Made by a program: the position numbers and the translations under genes
NCBI RefSeq assembly: GCF_018350175.1
Contig: NC_058368.1
Location: forward strand, 169,262,001 to 169,326,000
Direction: 5' to 3'
Source of the DNA: Felis catus
Taxonomy: Eukaryota
Length of the DNA: 64,000 nt
The notes under the pieces: model-generated
Database searches by the model: none
What the model saw: the letters and a program-made list of their open reading frames with translations, nothing else
What the model was told of the DNA's origin: nothing
In this document: positions 37,883 through 50,456 of the stretch, piece by piece
How positions within the stretch are numbered: position 1 is the stretch's first letter
Layout of the letters: the number at the start of each line of letters is the position of its first letter

Positions 37883-39180
37883 CTTTTTCTTTTTTTTTTA
37901 AACGGAGACACTGTTTGTTTGTTTGTTTATTTATTTATTTTTAAATATATGAAATTTATCGTCAAATTGGTTTCCATACAATACCCAGTGCTCATCCCAA
38001 CAGGTGCCCTCCTCAATACCCATCACCCACACTCCTCTCCCTCTCACCCCAGATCAGCCCTCAGTTTGTTCTCAGTTTTTAACAGTCTCTTATGCTTTGG
38101 CTCTCTCCCACTCTAACCTCTTTTTTTTTTTTCCCCTTCCCCTCCCCCATGGGTTCCTGTTAAGTTTCTCAGGATCCACATAAGAGTGAACACATATGGT
38201 ATCTGTCTTTCTCTGTATGGCTTATTTCACTTAGCATCACACTCTCCAGTTCCATCCACGTTGCTACAAAGGGCCATATTTCATTCTTTCTCATTGCCAC
38301 GTAGTACTCCATTGTATATATAAACCACAATTTCTTTATCCATTCATCAGTTGATGGACATTTAGGCTCTTTCCATAATTTGGCTATTGTTGAGAGTGCT
38401 GCTATAAACATTGGGGTACGAGTGCCCCTATGCATCAGTACTCCTGTATCCCTTGGGTAAATTCCTAGCAGTGCTATTGCTGGGTCATAGGGTAGGTCTA
38501 TTTTTAATTTTCTGAGGAACCTCCACACTGCTTTCCAGAGTGGCTGCACCAATTTGCATTCCCACCAACAGTGCAAGAGGGTTCCTGTTTCTCCACATCC
38601 TCTCCAGCATCTATAGTCTCCTGATTTGTTCATTTTGGCCACTCTGACTGGCGTGAGGTGATATCTGAGTGTGGTTTTGATTTGTATTTCCCTGATGATG
38701 AGCGATGTTGAGCATCTTTTCATGTGCCTGTTGGCCATCCAGATGTCTTCTTTAGAGAAGTGTCTATTCATGTTTTCTGCCCATTTCTTCACTAGATTAT
38801 TTGTTTTTTGGGTGTGGAGTTTGGTGAGCTCTTTATAGATTTTGGATACTAGCCTTTTGTCCGACATGTCATTTGCAAATATCTTTTCCCATTCCGTTGG
38901 TTGCCTTTTAGTTTTGTTGATTGTTTCCTTTGATGTGCAGAAGCTTTTTATCTTCATGAGGTCCCAATAGTTCATTTTTGCTTTTAATTTCCTTGCCTTT
39001 GGAGATGTGTCAAGTAAGAAATTGCTGCGGCTGAGGTCAGAGAGGTCTTTTCCTGTTTTCTCCTCTAGGGTTTTGATGGTTTCCTGTCTCACATTCAGGT
39101 CCTTTATCCATTTTGAGTTTATTTTTGTGAATGGTGTGAGAAAGTGGTCTAGTTTCAACCTTCTGCATGTTGCTGTCCAG
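37883..39180 (-). mobile_element. Young 5'-truncated feline L1 (L1_Fc-like)
   Basis: Uninterrupted ORF2 C-terminus, 3' UTR and poly(A); TSD ttttaaRtggtgtttcttt at 37864 and 39181 (1 mismatch). Confidence 0.96.
38169..39180 (-). pseudogene. L1 ORF2p C-terminal fragment (329-aa open frame incl. the cysteine-rich region); lacks endonuclease and RT domains, so non-autonomous
   Basis: Track ORF 38169..39158: [59 protein letters not shown], ends at a stop codon. Confidence 0.95.
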
Positions 39181-39199
39181 TTTTAAGTGGTGTTTCTTT

Positions 39200-39305
39200 T
39201 TTCCCTCCCTCCCTCCCCACTTCCTTCCTTTCTTCCTCCCTCCCTCCCTCCTTTGTTCCTTCTTTACTTCATTCATTCATTCCTTCCTTCCTTCGTTCCT
39301 TCCTT
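39200..39305. repeat. CT-rich low-complexity tract ((TCCC)n/(TTCC)n/(TTCA)n)
   Basis: Direct reading. Confidence 0.9.
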
Positions 39306-39551
39306 TTTTTCTAATAACAGAAATTTTCAAGAACTGCAGACTTGGTACACACAGCTTAGCAAGACATGTTCTCACTGTCTAGTGGCAGAGAGGGGTGAGC
39401 AAGTTAATTTTTAGAGTGCTTTTTGTTTTCCTTACTCTAAAAATCTCAGTAATGTTTTTAATGTTTTCATTTGAAAACTCCTAAGCCCCCAAATTATAGA
39501 GTGAATTTTGGGCAAGCAACTTAAACCAGAACCTAGTTTGTAAGTCACAAA

Positions 39552-39889
39552 CAATTGACACTTGAACAGTGAGGGAGTTAAGGAGACTAATCCCCCAGTG
39601 CAGTTGAAAATCCTTATATAATTTTTGACCCTCTGAAAACCTGACTACTAACTAATAACCTACTTGTTGACTGGAAGCATTACCAATAATATAGTTGATT
39701 ATCACATATTTTGTATGTTATATGTATTATATACTGTCTTCTTACAATAAAGTAAGCTACAGAAAAGAAAATGTTATTAGGAAAATCATAAGGAAAAGAA
39801 AACACAGAGTACTGTACTGTATTTATCAAAAAAATCCCATCTAAGTGGACTTACAACAGTTCAAACCCATGATGTTCAAAGGTCAACTG
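39552..39889 (-). mobile_element. Tigger2a-like DNA transposon
   Basis: Terminal inverted repeats caattgacacttgaaca / tgttcaaaggtcaactg followed by TA; interior similar to the 31.3-31.8 kb copy. Confidence 0.9.
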
Positions 39890-40079
39890 TATATTGATTT
39901 ATCTGAGTTTATCTACAAACACATATATCTAATATTGCCCTGATGGGTAGGTTAAGGTTTAAAATAAGACATGAAAACACTTTAATATATTTTTTAAAAG
40001 TAAATGTGTAACCTATGGCAAATGCTAAAAGAGATAGTAAGAAAACCACCACTTATTATGCACTAATGTGCTAAGTACA

Positions 40080-40293
40080 TTTTTTAATTTATTTTTTATT
40101 TATTTTGAGAGAGAGAGTGAGAGGAAGAGAGTGGGGGAGGAGGGGCAGAGACAGAAGGAGACAGAGAATCCCAAGCAGGCCCCATGCTGTCAGCATAGAG
40201 CCCAACTTGAGGGTTGATCTCACGACCATGAGATCATGACCTGAGCCGACATCAAGAGTCTGGCACTTAACTGACTGAGCCACCCAGGTACCC
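40080..40293 (-). mobile_element. Can-SINE
   Basis: Antisense body ending cacccaggtaccc; flanking ctaagtac repeat. Confidence 0.95.
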
Positions 40294-41049
40294 TGCACTA
40301 AGTACTTTCCTAAGTTTTTTCAATTAATTCTCAGAACATCAGAGATTGGCACATTTATCCCAAGGGACCATTCTGCTCTCTTGTTCCTCCCCAGGCAGAC
40401 CCCATCCTCCAAGGCAGTTGTAAGAACCAGGAAAGCCCTCTGGGAGGCCAGCATGTTCCAAACCTCTATGAGCAAGTGCCAGGAGGGGGGCCACCTGCCA
40501 CTTCCCAGTCCTGGAACCCTGATTTCTGGAGTTTCCTTCCAAGCAGCAGTCTGATTAGACTAGGTGGCAAAATGTAGCTACTCGATCTATTATTTACCTC
40601 TGTCTCTCACCAAACTCAGCCCTTCAAAAGAAGCAGCAGGTCATCAGCAGAGCATGACAACCATTCCTGCCTAATATTCTCCATCTTGATATACATCTTC
40701 GTGTGTAACCTAATCCCTTTCCAAACTCTCTCCCACATAATTCTTTAGGCAAAACAAATACAATTAGAAGGAACTGTTTTCCTTGTAATGTCATCATGTC
40801 AAAGCATAGATCCTATTGTCAGGGAAATCTTATGTAAAGTGTAATTATGTACTTTTGATCAAGACCTTTATTTCTATCTGGGCAGAGTCCTACTTTGCTC
40901 CTGAGATTTCTACTCTATGGTTAAAAGAATGAATATCGTATCATAGTTCTGCCTCTTTCTTTCCTTGTTTTGTCTTTGTCTCTCCCTGTGCTCTGGTTGA
41001 TCTATGCAGTTCCTCTCCTTTATTAGATAAATGCTTGCTTTTTCTACTA

Positions 41050-41235
41050 GGTAGCCCTAGTTATCCTCCTATATGACAGATGGCTCCTCTGAGCTCTCTC
41101 AATAATTCTCGGTTTACAAATGAAAACAATGATGTTCAGAGAAGTTAGTTACATCACTAGTAACACTAGGGCAAAGATTTGAATTCAGAACTGTTTTATT
41201 CCAAAGCCCATATCCTTTGCTTCTTACTATGGCTT
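41050..41235 (-). mobile_element. MIR fragment
   Basis: tttacaaatgaaaac...ttcagagaagttag...gatttgaattcagaactgttttattccaaagccc. Confidence 0.7.
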
Positions 41236-41883
41236 CTCTCATAATTGCATCATTTGTGATTGACTTAGAAAATTACATTGTAAGGGTATGGACTTTTGGA
41301 TTATTTATCATGAATCATCCCCTATGGCCAATTATCCTGCTGTTAAACATTTTCAACAACATATAAAGAAAATGTATATGTTCACACATTATAATGTTTT
41401 CATTATTATTATTTCACTTACAGACATCTAAAATTGATTTGTTTTCTCCCCAGATTTTTAGCAAGAATCAATCATTTCATATAGCCTTGCAATTTTTAAG
41501 AAAATTATACTGCTTTTACAAAAATCTGATGGAAGAATAGTCTCCAGAGGAGAAGAAGGAAGTGATAAATAATATACAAGGTTAACTCTGGTTTCCTCAG
41601 AATAACTTCAGTTTGTATGATCTTATTTGGTGGTGATATGTATAATACAACTATTGATGAAAGTGCTTTGCCAGGTTCCAAGTGGCCAACAATTACACTT
41701 AGCACTGGAAGTTGAGAATATTTCCAAGGTTATCTACGTTTTGCAGTTTTGCTTGTGGTTTATTTTCTCCAAAGTTCTTCTTACTGTAATGGATAGGATG
41801 TTATTTTATTTGAGGGATTTTAGGACAATTTAACCTCATAAATGACCATGTGATAGAATGTATCCTTGAACTTCTGTTTCTTT

Positions 41884-42103
41884 TATTTTTATTTATTTCT
41901 TTATTTTTTAATGGTTATTTATTTTTGAGAGAGAGAGAGAGCACAAGGGGGAAGAGACAGAGTGAGATACAAAGTCCAAAGCAGACTCCAGACTCTGAGC
42001 TGTCAGCACAGAGCCCAACGTGGAGCTGGAACTCATGAACCATGAGACCATGACCTGAGAGCTGAAGTTGGTTGCTTAATCGACTGAGCCACCCAGGTGC
42101 CCC
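41884..42103 (-). mobile_element. Can-SINE (SINEC_Fc type)
   Basis: Antisense body; 14-bp TSD acttctgtttcttt at 41870 and 42106. Confidence 0.96.
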
Positions 42104-42284
42104 TTACTTCTGTTTCTTTTAGATCACAGTTTATTGTTAAAGTAGTTCTCACGTTTCTCAAAGTCAATGCATAATACATGTATCAATGTTAGTAACTGTC
42201 ATTATTTCCATCAAGTTTTATTTCTAATTTATGCATTCAATCAGATTGATCTGCTAGCAATCCAGACTGTGAAAAAGTTTAGTC

Positions 42285-42430
42285 ATATTCATTCATCTAT
42301 TCATTCATCCAAATGATTTGAGCACCTACTATAGGTTGGACATGCTGCTGGATCCTGAAGATAAAATAGCATTCAAGACAATGTCTCTGCCCTCCTGGAG
42401 TCTAGTTAGGAAGACAGATCACAAGCTAGT
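42285..42430 (-). mobile_element. L2 3' end
   Basis: attcattcat...ttgagcacctactat...ctgccctcctggagtctagttaggaagacaga. Confidence 0.75.
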
Positions 42431-43504
42431 AAGCAACTATTGCACCCACTGCTTCCCACCTTATGGTGGTAGTGGAGAACTTGAAAAGCAAAACCTAGTG
42501 AAAATAAAAACTGAAAGTCCAAGAGCCTAAACTTACAGGGTCTGATTGGTTCCTGCTTCACAAATATGGCCTTTGACACATATTCCTGATTCTTGACCAC
42601 AGCACTTTTGCTGTTTCACCAAAATAGTGTTGTCTCCTTTCCCTTGCCCAACAGAGTAGAAAATTTAACTCAGTTACGATCAAGAAGCAGGCAAAATCAG
42701 CATTATTTATTTATTTGCTCATTCCAACAAACACACGTTTCAGTTCTGTTAAACCCTTTAGGAAGTCAAGAGTTGTTGTAAATATTAGAAATGGTGTAAA
42801 GAAGGACTTCTGCTTCTGAGAAGTATAGTGCTAATAGCAATAGGCTAATACTCTTACTCTTAAACAAACAGAAAATATTACAAAAGTCATTTTCAGGAAC
42901 ATCAGAGAGCTGTGAAAGCAATGAAGTCTAAATGAATCAAATCTCGAGAGAGAGAGAGAGAGAGAATGATCTGAGGGGATCTGATGATAGCCAATTCCTT
43001 TTCTCCTGGGGCACTGGTCAGTCTGGGGGATGCACAGATCCTTGGGCTCCACCAAAGTAGAGGGGCTCTGCTGGAAGAAGAGCAACCAGTAGAGCTTCTG
43101 GCAATCTGGAGGAGTGCTGGATACTTGAGAAGCCTCAAATGCATGCCTGGTTCTCCCCACAGTATTGGAATTTCCCACAGTCTCCCAAACTTAGAAAACA
43201 AATTCTCAGCAGGGAAGAGGTTTATCTCAAACCCATGGCCAGTCTCCTGCTAAAGACATTTGTCAAATATTAAAGTTGCATGTGACAGATAGAGAAAAAG
43301 CTGAAAACTTCTGAAGGGCAGAATGTATCTCCTGAAGCCTTTCAGCACTAAAGAGGCCAAGAGCCACCATGCTTGCAGTGAAAAGCCCCAGGTAGCCATG
43401 CACCAGGACCATGAGTAAACCAGAAGCAGACTGAATCTTACTAAAATGTTACCCCAGTCTAGTGCCTGATTGGATTAGGCCCCATTCTCTGCCTAAAAGA
43501 GGCA

Positions 43505-43880
43505 TTTTGTCTGCTTGGGCTTCCATAATGAAATACTGTGGACTGGGTAGTTTACATAAACAGGAATTTATTTCTCATTGATCTAGAGGCTGGGAGTGCA
43601 AGATCAAGGTTCTGGGCAATTCAATTTCTAATGAGAGTTTTCTTCCTGGCTTGCTGGTGGTCTCCTCACTGTGGTCTTTCCTCAGTACATGAGAACAGGA
43701 GCTGGAGGGGGGGAGTTCTCTTTCTTATAAGGGCACTAATCCTTTCAGATTAGGGCCCCACTTTTATGACCTCATTTAATCTTAATTACTTCCTTAGAGA
43801 CCCCATCTCTAAATACAATCACATTGTGTGTTAGAGTACCAATATATGAATTTTGGAAAGACACAGTTCATCTACAAGCA
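43505..43880 (-). mobile_element. MaLR solo LTR, MLT1A-type
   Basis: gaatttatttctca...gaggctgggagtgcaagatcaagg...cttataagggcactaatcc...atgacctcatttaatcttaattac...atatgaattttgg. Confidence 0.9.
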
Positions 43881-44851
43881 GGAGCAAAAGGTGAAACTTT
43901 TTCTTGTGGAATAGAATAATATCTAGAACCTCTATGGGTCTTTTATACACAGTATCATACCTACAATCAAGAATTCCTACACACGTGAAGAGGCAAGGTC
44001 ATATGACCAACAATCAAGAGGAAAAAAACAACAAAAGCAAACAGACAGATGATCTGCATAATTGCAGTTAGCAGACAAGAACTTTAAAAACACAATAACT
44101 GGGGACTTCTGGGTAGCTGAAAATACTGACAGCTGCCTAACTACTTCCCTCCTGATATTTTCTCCTTGAATGATTCAAAACAACAAGAGAGGATATGTAA
44201 ATCTACGCAAAACCGTACTCTTCGGCATTAACTTAAAGACAGAAAATGCCAAACCTTAAAAATTACTGTGACTAAATAGGGAAATGTCAACACATCCCAG
44301 TGCATGATCTCTCATTCTCTGGCTCAACCTCTGGACTGCTACAAGGCTATGTAGTGAGAAAAAGCACACTGAAAAACATCCCAGAAAAGCCAAAAAAGGA
44401 AAACTAGCAAGAGGGCTTAAGGTTCATCAGAAACTGCCATCAAAGAGACTCGGTTTGCCCTCTTTATGAAAACATGATAACAGTGTCCAGGCAGAGCATA
44501 ATAGGGCTCAGGGAAAGGACTTCAGAGTATGCGTGATTAAAATGATCAAGAGTTACTTAAAGGGCATCGTTCAAAACATTGTTTAAGGGGAGAAAAAAGA
44601 GACAAAAAAGAAAGGAGAGGCACTCTGTAATTGGGTTGTGAATGGAAAAAGAAGCAAAAGGTGAAAAATTTAGGGCCCTGTAAAATCAACAAGAAAAGCC
44701 ACATTGAAGGACTTAAAGCTCTTCCTCTGGTGACTAAAACAAATAATCAAAATAACCTCTAATGCATATGGATCTTGCTATATTGCTAAAAAGATATAAC
44801 CATTAAGTGAGGAATCTTATAAGTCACCACAATACCATAAAAATGAACAGA

Positions 44852-45235
44852 GGGATGTGTGGGTGGCTCAGTTGGGTGAGGGTCTGACTCTTCTTTTTTT
44901 TAAGTTTTATTTATTTATTTTGAGAGGGACAGAGACAGTGAGAGTGGGGGAGGGACAAAGAGAGAGGGAGAGAGAGAATCCCAAGCAGGCTCCACACTGC
45001 CAGCGCAGAGCCTGACGTGGGGCTCAAACTCACAAAACCGTGAGATCATGACCTGAGCCGAAACCAAGAGTTGGGTGCTTAACCAACTGAGTCACCCAGG
45101 TGCCCCTTAGGGTCCAACTCTTGATTTGGTTCAGGTAATGATCCCAGGGTTGAAAGATTGAGCCCCACATTCCACTCTGCACTGAACATGGAATCTGCTT
45201 ATGATTCTTTCTCTCTCTAGGCCCCTTCACCCCCC
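44852..45235 (+). mobile_element. Older Can-SINE split by a younger antisense SINE
   Basis: Head at 44852-44892 resumes at 45109 (ggtccaactcttgatttggttcagg...). Confidence 0.88.
44893..45106 (-). mobile_element. Can-SINE inserted into another SINE
   Basis: Complete antisense body; TSD agggtc(tg/ca)actctt at 44879 and 45109. Confidence 0.95.
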
Positions 45236-46054
45236 AAATGTCTTTTAAAAGGAAATATCAACAAATTCATACAGAGCCATTGCAAAAAATCATGTTATAA
45301 ATTTTTACATATACCAACTGAGTAACAACCCATCTCCCACAAGAAGCAGAAGTTTTTAAGTCAACACTCCAAACTGAATCATATATACTCATTCACTCAA
45401 AGATATAAGAAAACCCCTTAAATTAGAAATTCAAAAACTAAGAACAGAAAAGGATGAAAACTGGAAGAAATAAAGAGAGAACTAATTGAATTCAGGAAGG
45501 AAATGGATTAAAAAGACAAAAATATCTGCAATTTAAAAATGATACATTATAAGGTGGCCAAGGGAGAAAGACTCACATAAAAATTTAATAGGTGCAGAAC
45601 AAAGGCAGGAAAATACTAAGAGGATTAAGTAAAAAGAAAGTAAAAAAAAAAAATCAGAGAGAAAGTAATGGGAATGGAAGAAAGGCAAAGGGCAGTGCAA
45701 AACAAAAACCCTACAAACCAATATCCTTTTGGTAATGATCCAAAATACTAAATAAATATTAGCGAGCAGAATCTAATAACACATGAAGAAATATACCATG
45801 AGCATGTAGGATTTCTTCTAGGAATGCGAAGGTTTTTCAATAATAGGAAATCTATTAGTATATGATATAAAAAAATTTATCAATCACATGATCATCTCCA
45901 TTGATACTGAAAAAACCTACCTCAAAATTAAACATCCATTCACAATAAAAACACTCAAAAACAGAAATTGAGGAATATTCTCTCAAGAGGATCAAATGTA
46001 CATGTATGTATGCATACATCCCTTTCTTACCTTTCATGTAAGAAAATAGAGAAT

Positions 46055-49000
46055 ACATGCATGTATCCCTTTAAATTAGTATTTTTGTGTTCTTTGGGTA
46101 AATACCCAGTAGTGTGATTCCTGGATTGTAGGGTAGTTCTATTTTAAACTTTTTGAGGAACCTCCATACTATTTTCCAGAGTGGCTGCACCAGTCTGCAT
46201 TCCCACCAACAGCACAAGAGGGTTCCCCTTTCTCCACATCCTCACCAATATCTGTTGCTTCCTGAGTTGTTTATTGTAGCCATTCTGACAGGTGTGACAT
46301 GGTATCTCATTGTGGTTGTGATTTGTATTTCTCTGGTGATGAGTGATGTTGAGCATCTTTTCATGTGTCTGTTAGCCAGCTGTATTTCTTCATTGGAAAA
46401 ATGTCTATTCATGTCTTTTGTTCATTTCTTCACTGGATTATTTGGTTTTTGGGTGTTGAGTTTGATAAGTTCTTTGTAGATTTTGGATACTAACCCTTTA
46501 TCTGATTATGTCATATGTCATTGTCTTCTCCCATTCTGTCAGTTGCCTTAGAGTTTTGTTGATTATTTCCTTCACTGTGCAGGAGGTTTTATTTTGATGA
46601 AGGCTCAATAGTTCATTTTTGCTTTTGTTTCCCTTGACTTCTGAGAAATTTCTAGTAGGAAGTTGCGGCCTGTTTTCTCCTGTAGGATTTTGATGGTTTT
46701 CCTGTCTTACATTTACATCTTTCATCCATTTTGAATTTATTTTTGTGTATGGTGTAAGAAAGTGGTCCGGTTTCATTCTTATGCATGTCGTCGTCCAGTC
46801 TTCCCAACATCATTTACTAAAGAGACTATTTTCCATTGGATATTCTTTCCTCCTTTGTCTAAGATTAGTTGGCCATACATGTGTGTGTCCAATTCTGGGT
46901 TCTTTATTCTGTTCCATTGATGTATGTGTCTATTTTTGTGCCAATACCATACTGTCTTAATGATTACAGCTTTGTAATACAGCTTGAAGTACAGAATTGT
47001 GATGCCTCCAGGTTTGCTTTTCTTTTTCAGGATTGCTTTGGCTATTTGTTTTTTCTTATGGTTCCATACAAATTTTCAGATTGTTTGTTCTAGCTCTGTG
47101 AAGAATTCTGATGTTCTTTTGATTGGGACTGCATTAAATGTGTAGATTGCTTTGGGTGGTATAGACATTTTAACAATATTTGTTCTTTCAATCCATGAGC
47201 ATGGGATATTTTTCCATTTCTTTGTGTCATCTTCAATTTCCTTCAAAAGTTTTCGACAGTTTTCAGAGTGCAGATCTTCTACCTCATTGGTTAACTTTAT
47301 TCCTAGGTCTCATGATTTTGGCACAGTTGTAGATGGGACTGATTCCTTAATTTCTCTTTCGGCTATTTCATTATCGGTGTATAGAAAAGCAACTGATTTC
47401 TGTACATTTATTTTATATCCTGTGACTTTTCTGAATTCATGTATCAGTTATACCATTTTTTTTTGGTGGACTCTTTTGGGTTTTCCACAGAGTATCATGT
47501 CATCTGAAAAGAGTGAAAGTTTGACTTCTTCCATGCTGATTTGGATGCCTCTTATTTTGTTGTTGTTGTCTGCTTGCTGTAGCTAGGACTTCCAGTATTA
47601 TGTTAATAATAGTCATGTGAGTGGACATCCCTGTCTTATTCCTGACCAGAGAGGAAAAGCTCTCAGTTTTTCCCCATGGAGGATGATATTAGCTATAGGC
47701 CTTTCATATATGGCTTTATGATGTTGAAGTATGCTCCCTCTATCCCTACTTTGTTGCTGGATTTTATTATGAATGGATAGTGTACTTTGTTAAATACTTT
47801 TTCTGCATCAGTTGAAAGGATCATAAGGTTCTTATCTTTCTTTTATTAATGTGATGTATCATATTTATTGATTTGCAAATATTGAACCACCCTTGCAGCC
47901 TGGGAATAAAACCCACTTGATTATGGTGAATGATTCTTGTAATGTACTGTTGGATTTGTTTGCTAGTATTTTATTGAGACTTTTTGCATCCATACTCATC
48001 AGCAATATTGGCCTGTAGACCTCTTTTTTAATGTAGTCTTTATCTGGTTTTGGTATCAAGGTAATACTAGCCTCATAGAATGAATTTGGAAGTTTTCCTT
48101 CCATTTATATATATTTTTGGAATAGTTTGGAAGGAATAGGTATTAACTCTTCTTTAAAGGTCTGGTAGAATTCTTCTGGAAGTCATCAGGTCCTGGACTT
48201 TTGTATTTTGGGAAACTTTTGATTACTGATTCCATTTCTTTGCCGGTTACTGGTCTGTTCAAGTTTTCTATTTCTTCCTGTTTCAGTTTTGGTAGTTTAC
48301 ATGTTTCTAGGAATTCATCATTTCTTCCAGTCCATTTCTTCTAGGTTGTCCAATTTGTTGGTATATAGAGGTTTTCATAATATTGTCTTCTAATTGTTTG
48401 TATTTCTGTGGTGTTGGTTGTTATTTCTCCTCTCTCTTTTGTGATTTCAACTATTTGGGTCCTTTCTCTTTTCTTTTTGATAAGTCTGGGTAAGGGTTTA
48501 TCAATTTTATTAATTTTTTCAAAGAACCACCTCCTGGTTTAATTTGTTCTATTTTTTTTAGTTTCTGTATCATTTACTTCTGCTCTACTCTTTATTATTT
48601 CCATTCTTTTGCTGGCTTTTGACTCCACTTGTTGTTCTTTTTAGCTCCTTTAGGTGTAGGGTTAGGTTGTTTATTTAAGATTTTTCATGCTTCTTAATTT
48701 AGCCCTGTATTGCTATATACTTCCCTTTTAGGACTCCTTTTGCTGCATCCCAGAGGTTTTGGACTTTGTGTTTTCATTTTCATTTGTTTCCATTAATTTC
48801 TTTTTTTTTTTTTTGATTTCCTGGTTTTCCCATTCATTGTTCAGTAGCATGTTGTTTAACTTCAAGTATTTGTAGCTTTTCCAAATCTTTTCTTGTGGTT
48901 GACATCAAGTTTCATAGCATTGTGGTCAGAAAATATGCATGGTATGATCTTGGTAGTTTTGTACTTGTTGAGGCCTGACTTGTGACCTACTATGTAATCT

Positions 49001-50030
49001 AATCTGGAGAATGTCCCATGTGCACTTGAAAAGAATACGTATTTTGTTGCTTTAGGATGGAATGTTCTGAATATATCTGTTAAGTCCATCTGGTCCAAGT
49101 GTGTCATTCAAAACCATTGTTTCCTCATTGATTTTCTGCTTAGATAATCTGTCCATTGCTGTAAGTGGGATGTTAAAGTCCCCTACTATTATTGTATTAT
49201 TATCAATGAGTTCCTTTATGTTTGTTATTGTTTTATATATTTGGGTGTTCCCATTTTGAGGGCATAAATATTTACAGTTGTTAGAACTTCTTGTTGGATG
49301 TCCCCTTTATCATGATATAGCTCTTCTTCATCTCTTGTTACAGTCTTTGTTTTAAAGTATAGTTTGTCTGATAATAGGTATTGCTACTCTGGTTTTCTTT
49401 TGATGTCCATTAGCATGATAAATGGTTCTCCACCCTCTCACTTTCAATCTGCAGGTGTTTTTAGTTCTAACAGGTGTTTTAGTCTCTTATAGGCAGCATA
49501 TAGATGGAATAGATGGGTCTTTTGTTGTTTTTTTTTTTAAATCAATTCTGACACCATGTCTTTGGATTGGAGTGTTTAATCCATTTACATTCAGAGTAAT
49601 TACTGCTAGATATGTATTTAGTGCCATTTTATTACTTGTTTTTGTCATTGTTTTTGGAGATTTTCTCTGTTCCATTCTTGTTTTTGTCACTTTTGGTCTT
49701 TTTTTTTTTCACTCAGAATCCCCTTTAACATTTTTGCAGGGCTGGTTTAGTGGTCATGAACTCCTTCAGTTTTTGTTTGTCTGGAAAATCTTAATCTCTC
49801 CGTCTATTCTGAATGATAGCCTTGCTGAAGAGAGTATTCTTGGCAACTGATTTTTCTCATTCAGCACATTGAATACCCACTCCATTCTGACTTGCCATGC
49901 TTCTCTGGAGAGATCTGCAGCTAGCCTTAGGGGTCTTCCCTTGTAAGTTAGGAACTTCTTTAGTCTTGCTGCTTTTAAGACTTTTTCTTTACTGCTATAT
50001 TTTGCAAATTTAATTATAATGTGTCCTTGC
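46055..50030 (-). mobile_element. Decayed carnivore L1 (~4 kb: ORF1 3' part, spacer, most of ORF2), truncated at both ends
   Basis: Frameshifted ORF2 pieces in the track: ITLNVNGLN (endonuclease start, ATG ~49627), DLTDIFRTFHP, LPNSFYEASITLIPKPDKD, KINSKWMKDVNVR. Confidence 0.95.
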
Positions 50031-50456
50031 AGTTCCTGATTCTACTTGTTACCATCTTGTGATTCAGTGTCTGGAAGAGGCTCATCAGCTTAGCCATGCT
50101 TATGTCTTGCGTCTGTTCACTGGCTCCAGGGTCAACTAGAAAAATGTGTCTCAGGTGTTTTCATTTTCTCCAAGGGAACTGAACCATGGCTTATTAGGTG
50201 GAGGTCTCCCAAATCACCAAGGGGCTCAGGTACTGCTCAGTCAAAAAATGACAAAAGCACACCACAGAATTTTAGGACATGAAGTAATCATTGCATGAAA
50301 AAATGAGGGTATGTTCTATGACCAGACAAATTGGGTTAATGCTCTTTTCCAGTCTTTCTTCCACCTGTGTCATCACACTGTTCTTTACCTTCACCTCACT
50401 TAAACTTTCTCAGTCTTTAGGCAGCTTCTCACTCTTCTCACTCAAGGGTGTAAAGA

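Larger units (their letters stand above)
43200..45990 (+). mobile_element. Old L1M 5'/ORF1 pieces plus an ORF2 fragment, interrupted by an MLT1A LTR and SINEs
   Basis: cctgattggattagg, gagtta-like gcagacaagaactttaaaa, and ORF2-like caatcacatgatcatctccattgatactgaaaaa; probably several elements. Confidence 0.6.

Noticed and set aside
42831..43253. Three overlapping ORFs of 89-115 aa
   Set aside because: No recognisable protein or splice structure. The region is GC-richer, adjoins old L1 5'-end sequence and includes a (GA)n tract, so stop-poor frames are expected.
46144..49850. Several 67-144 aa ORFs on both strands
   Set aside because: Fragments or antisense frames of the decayed L1.
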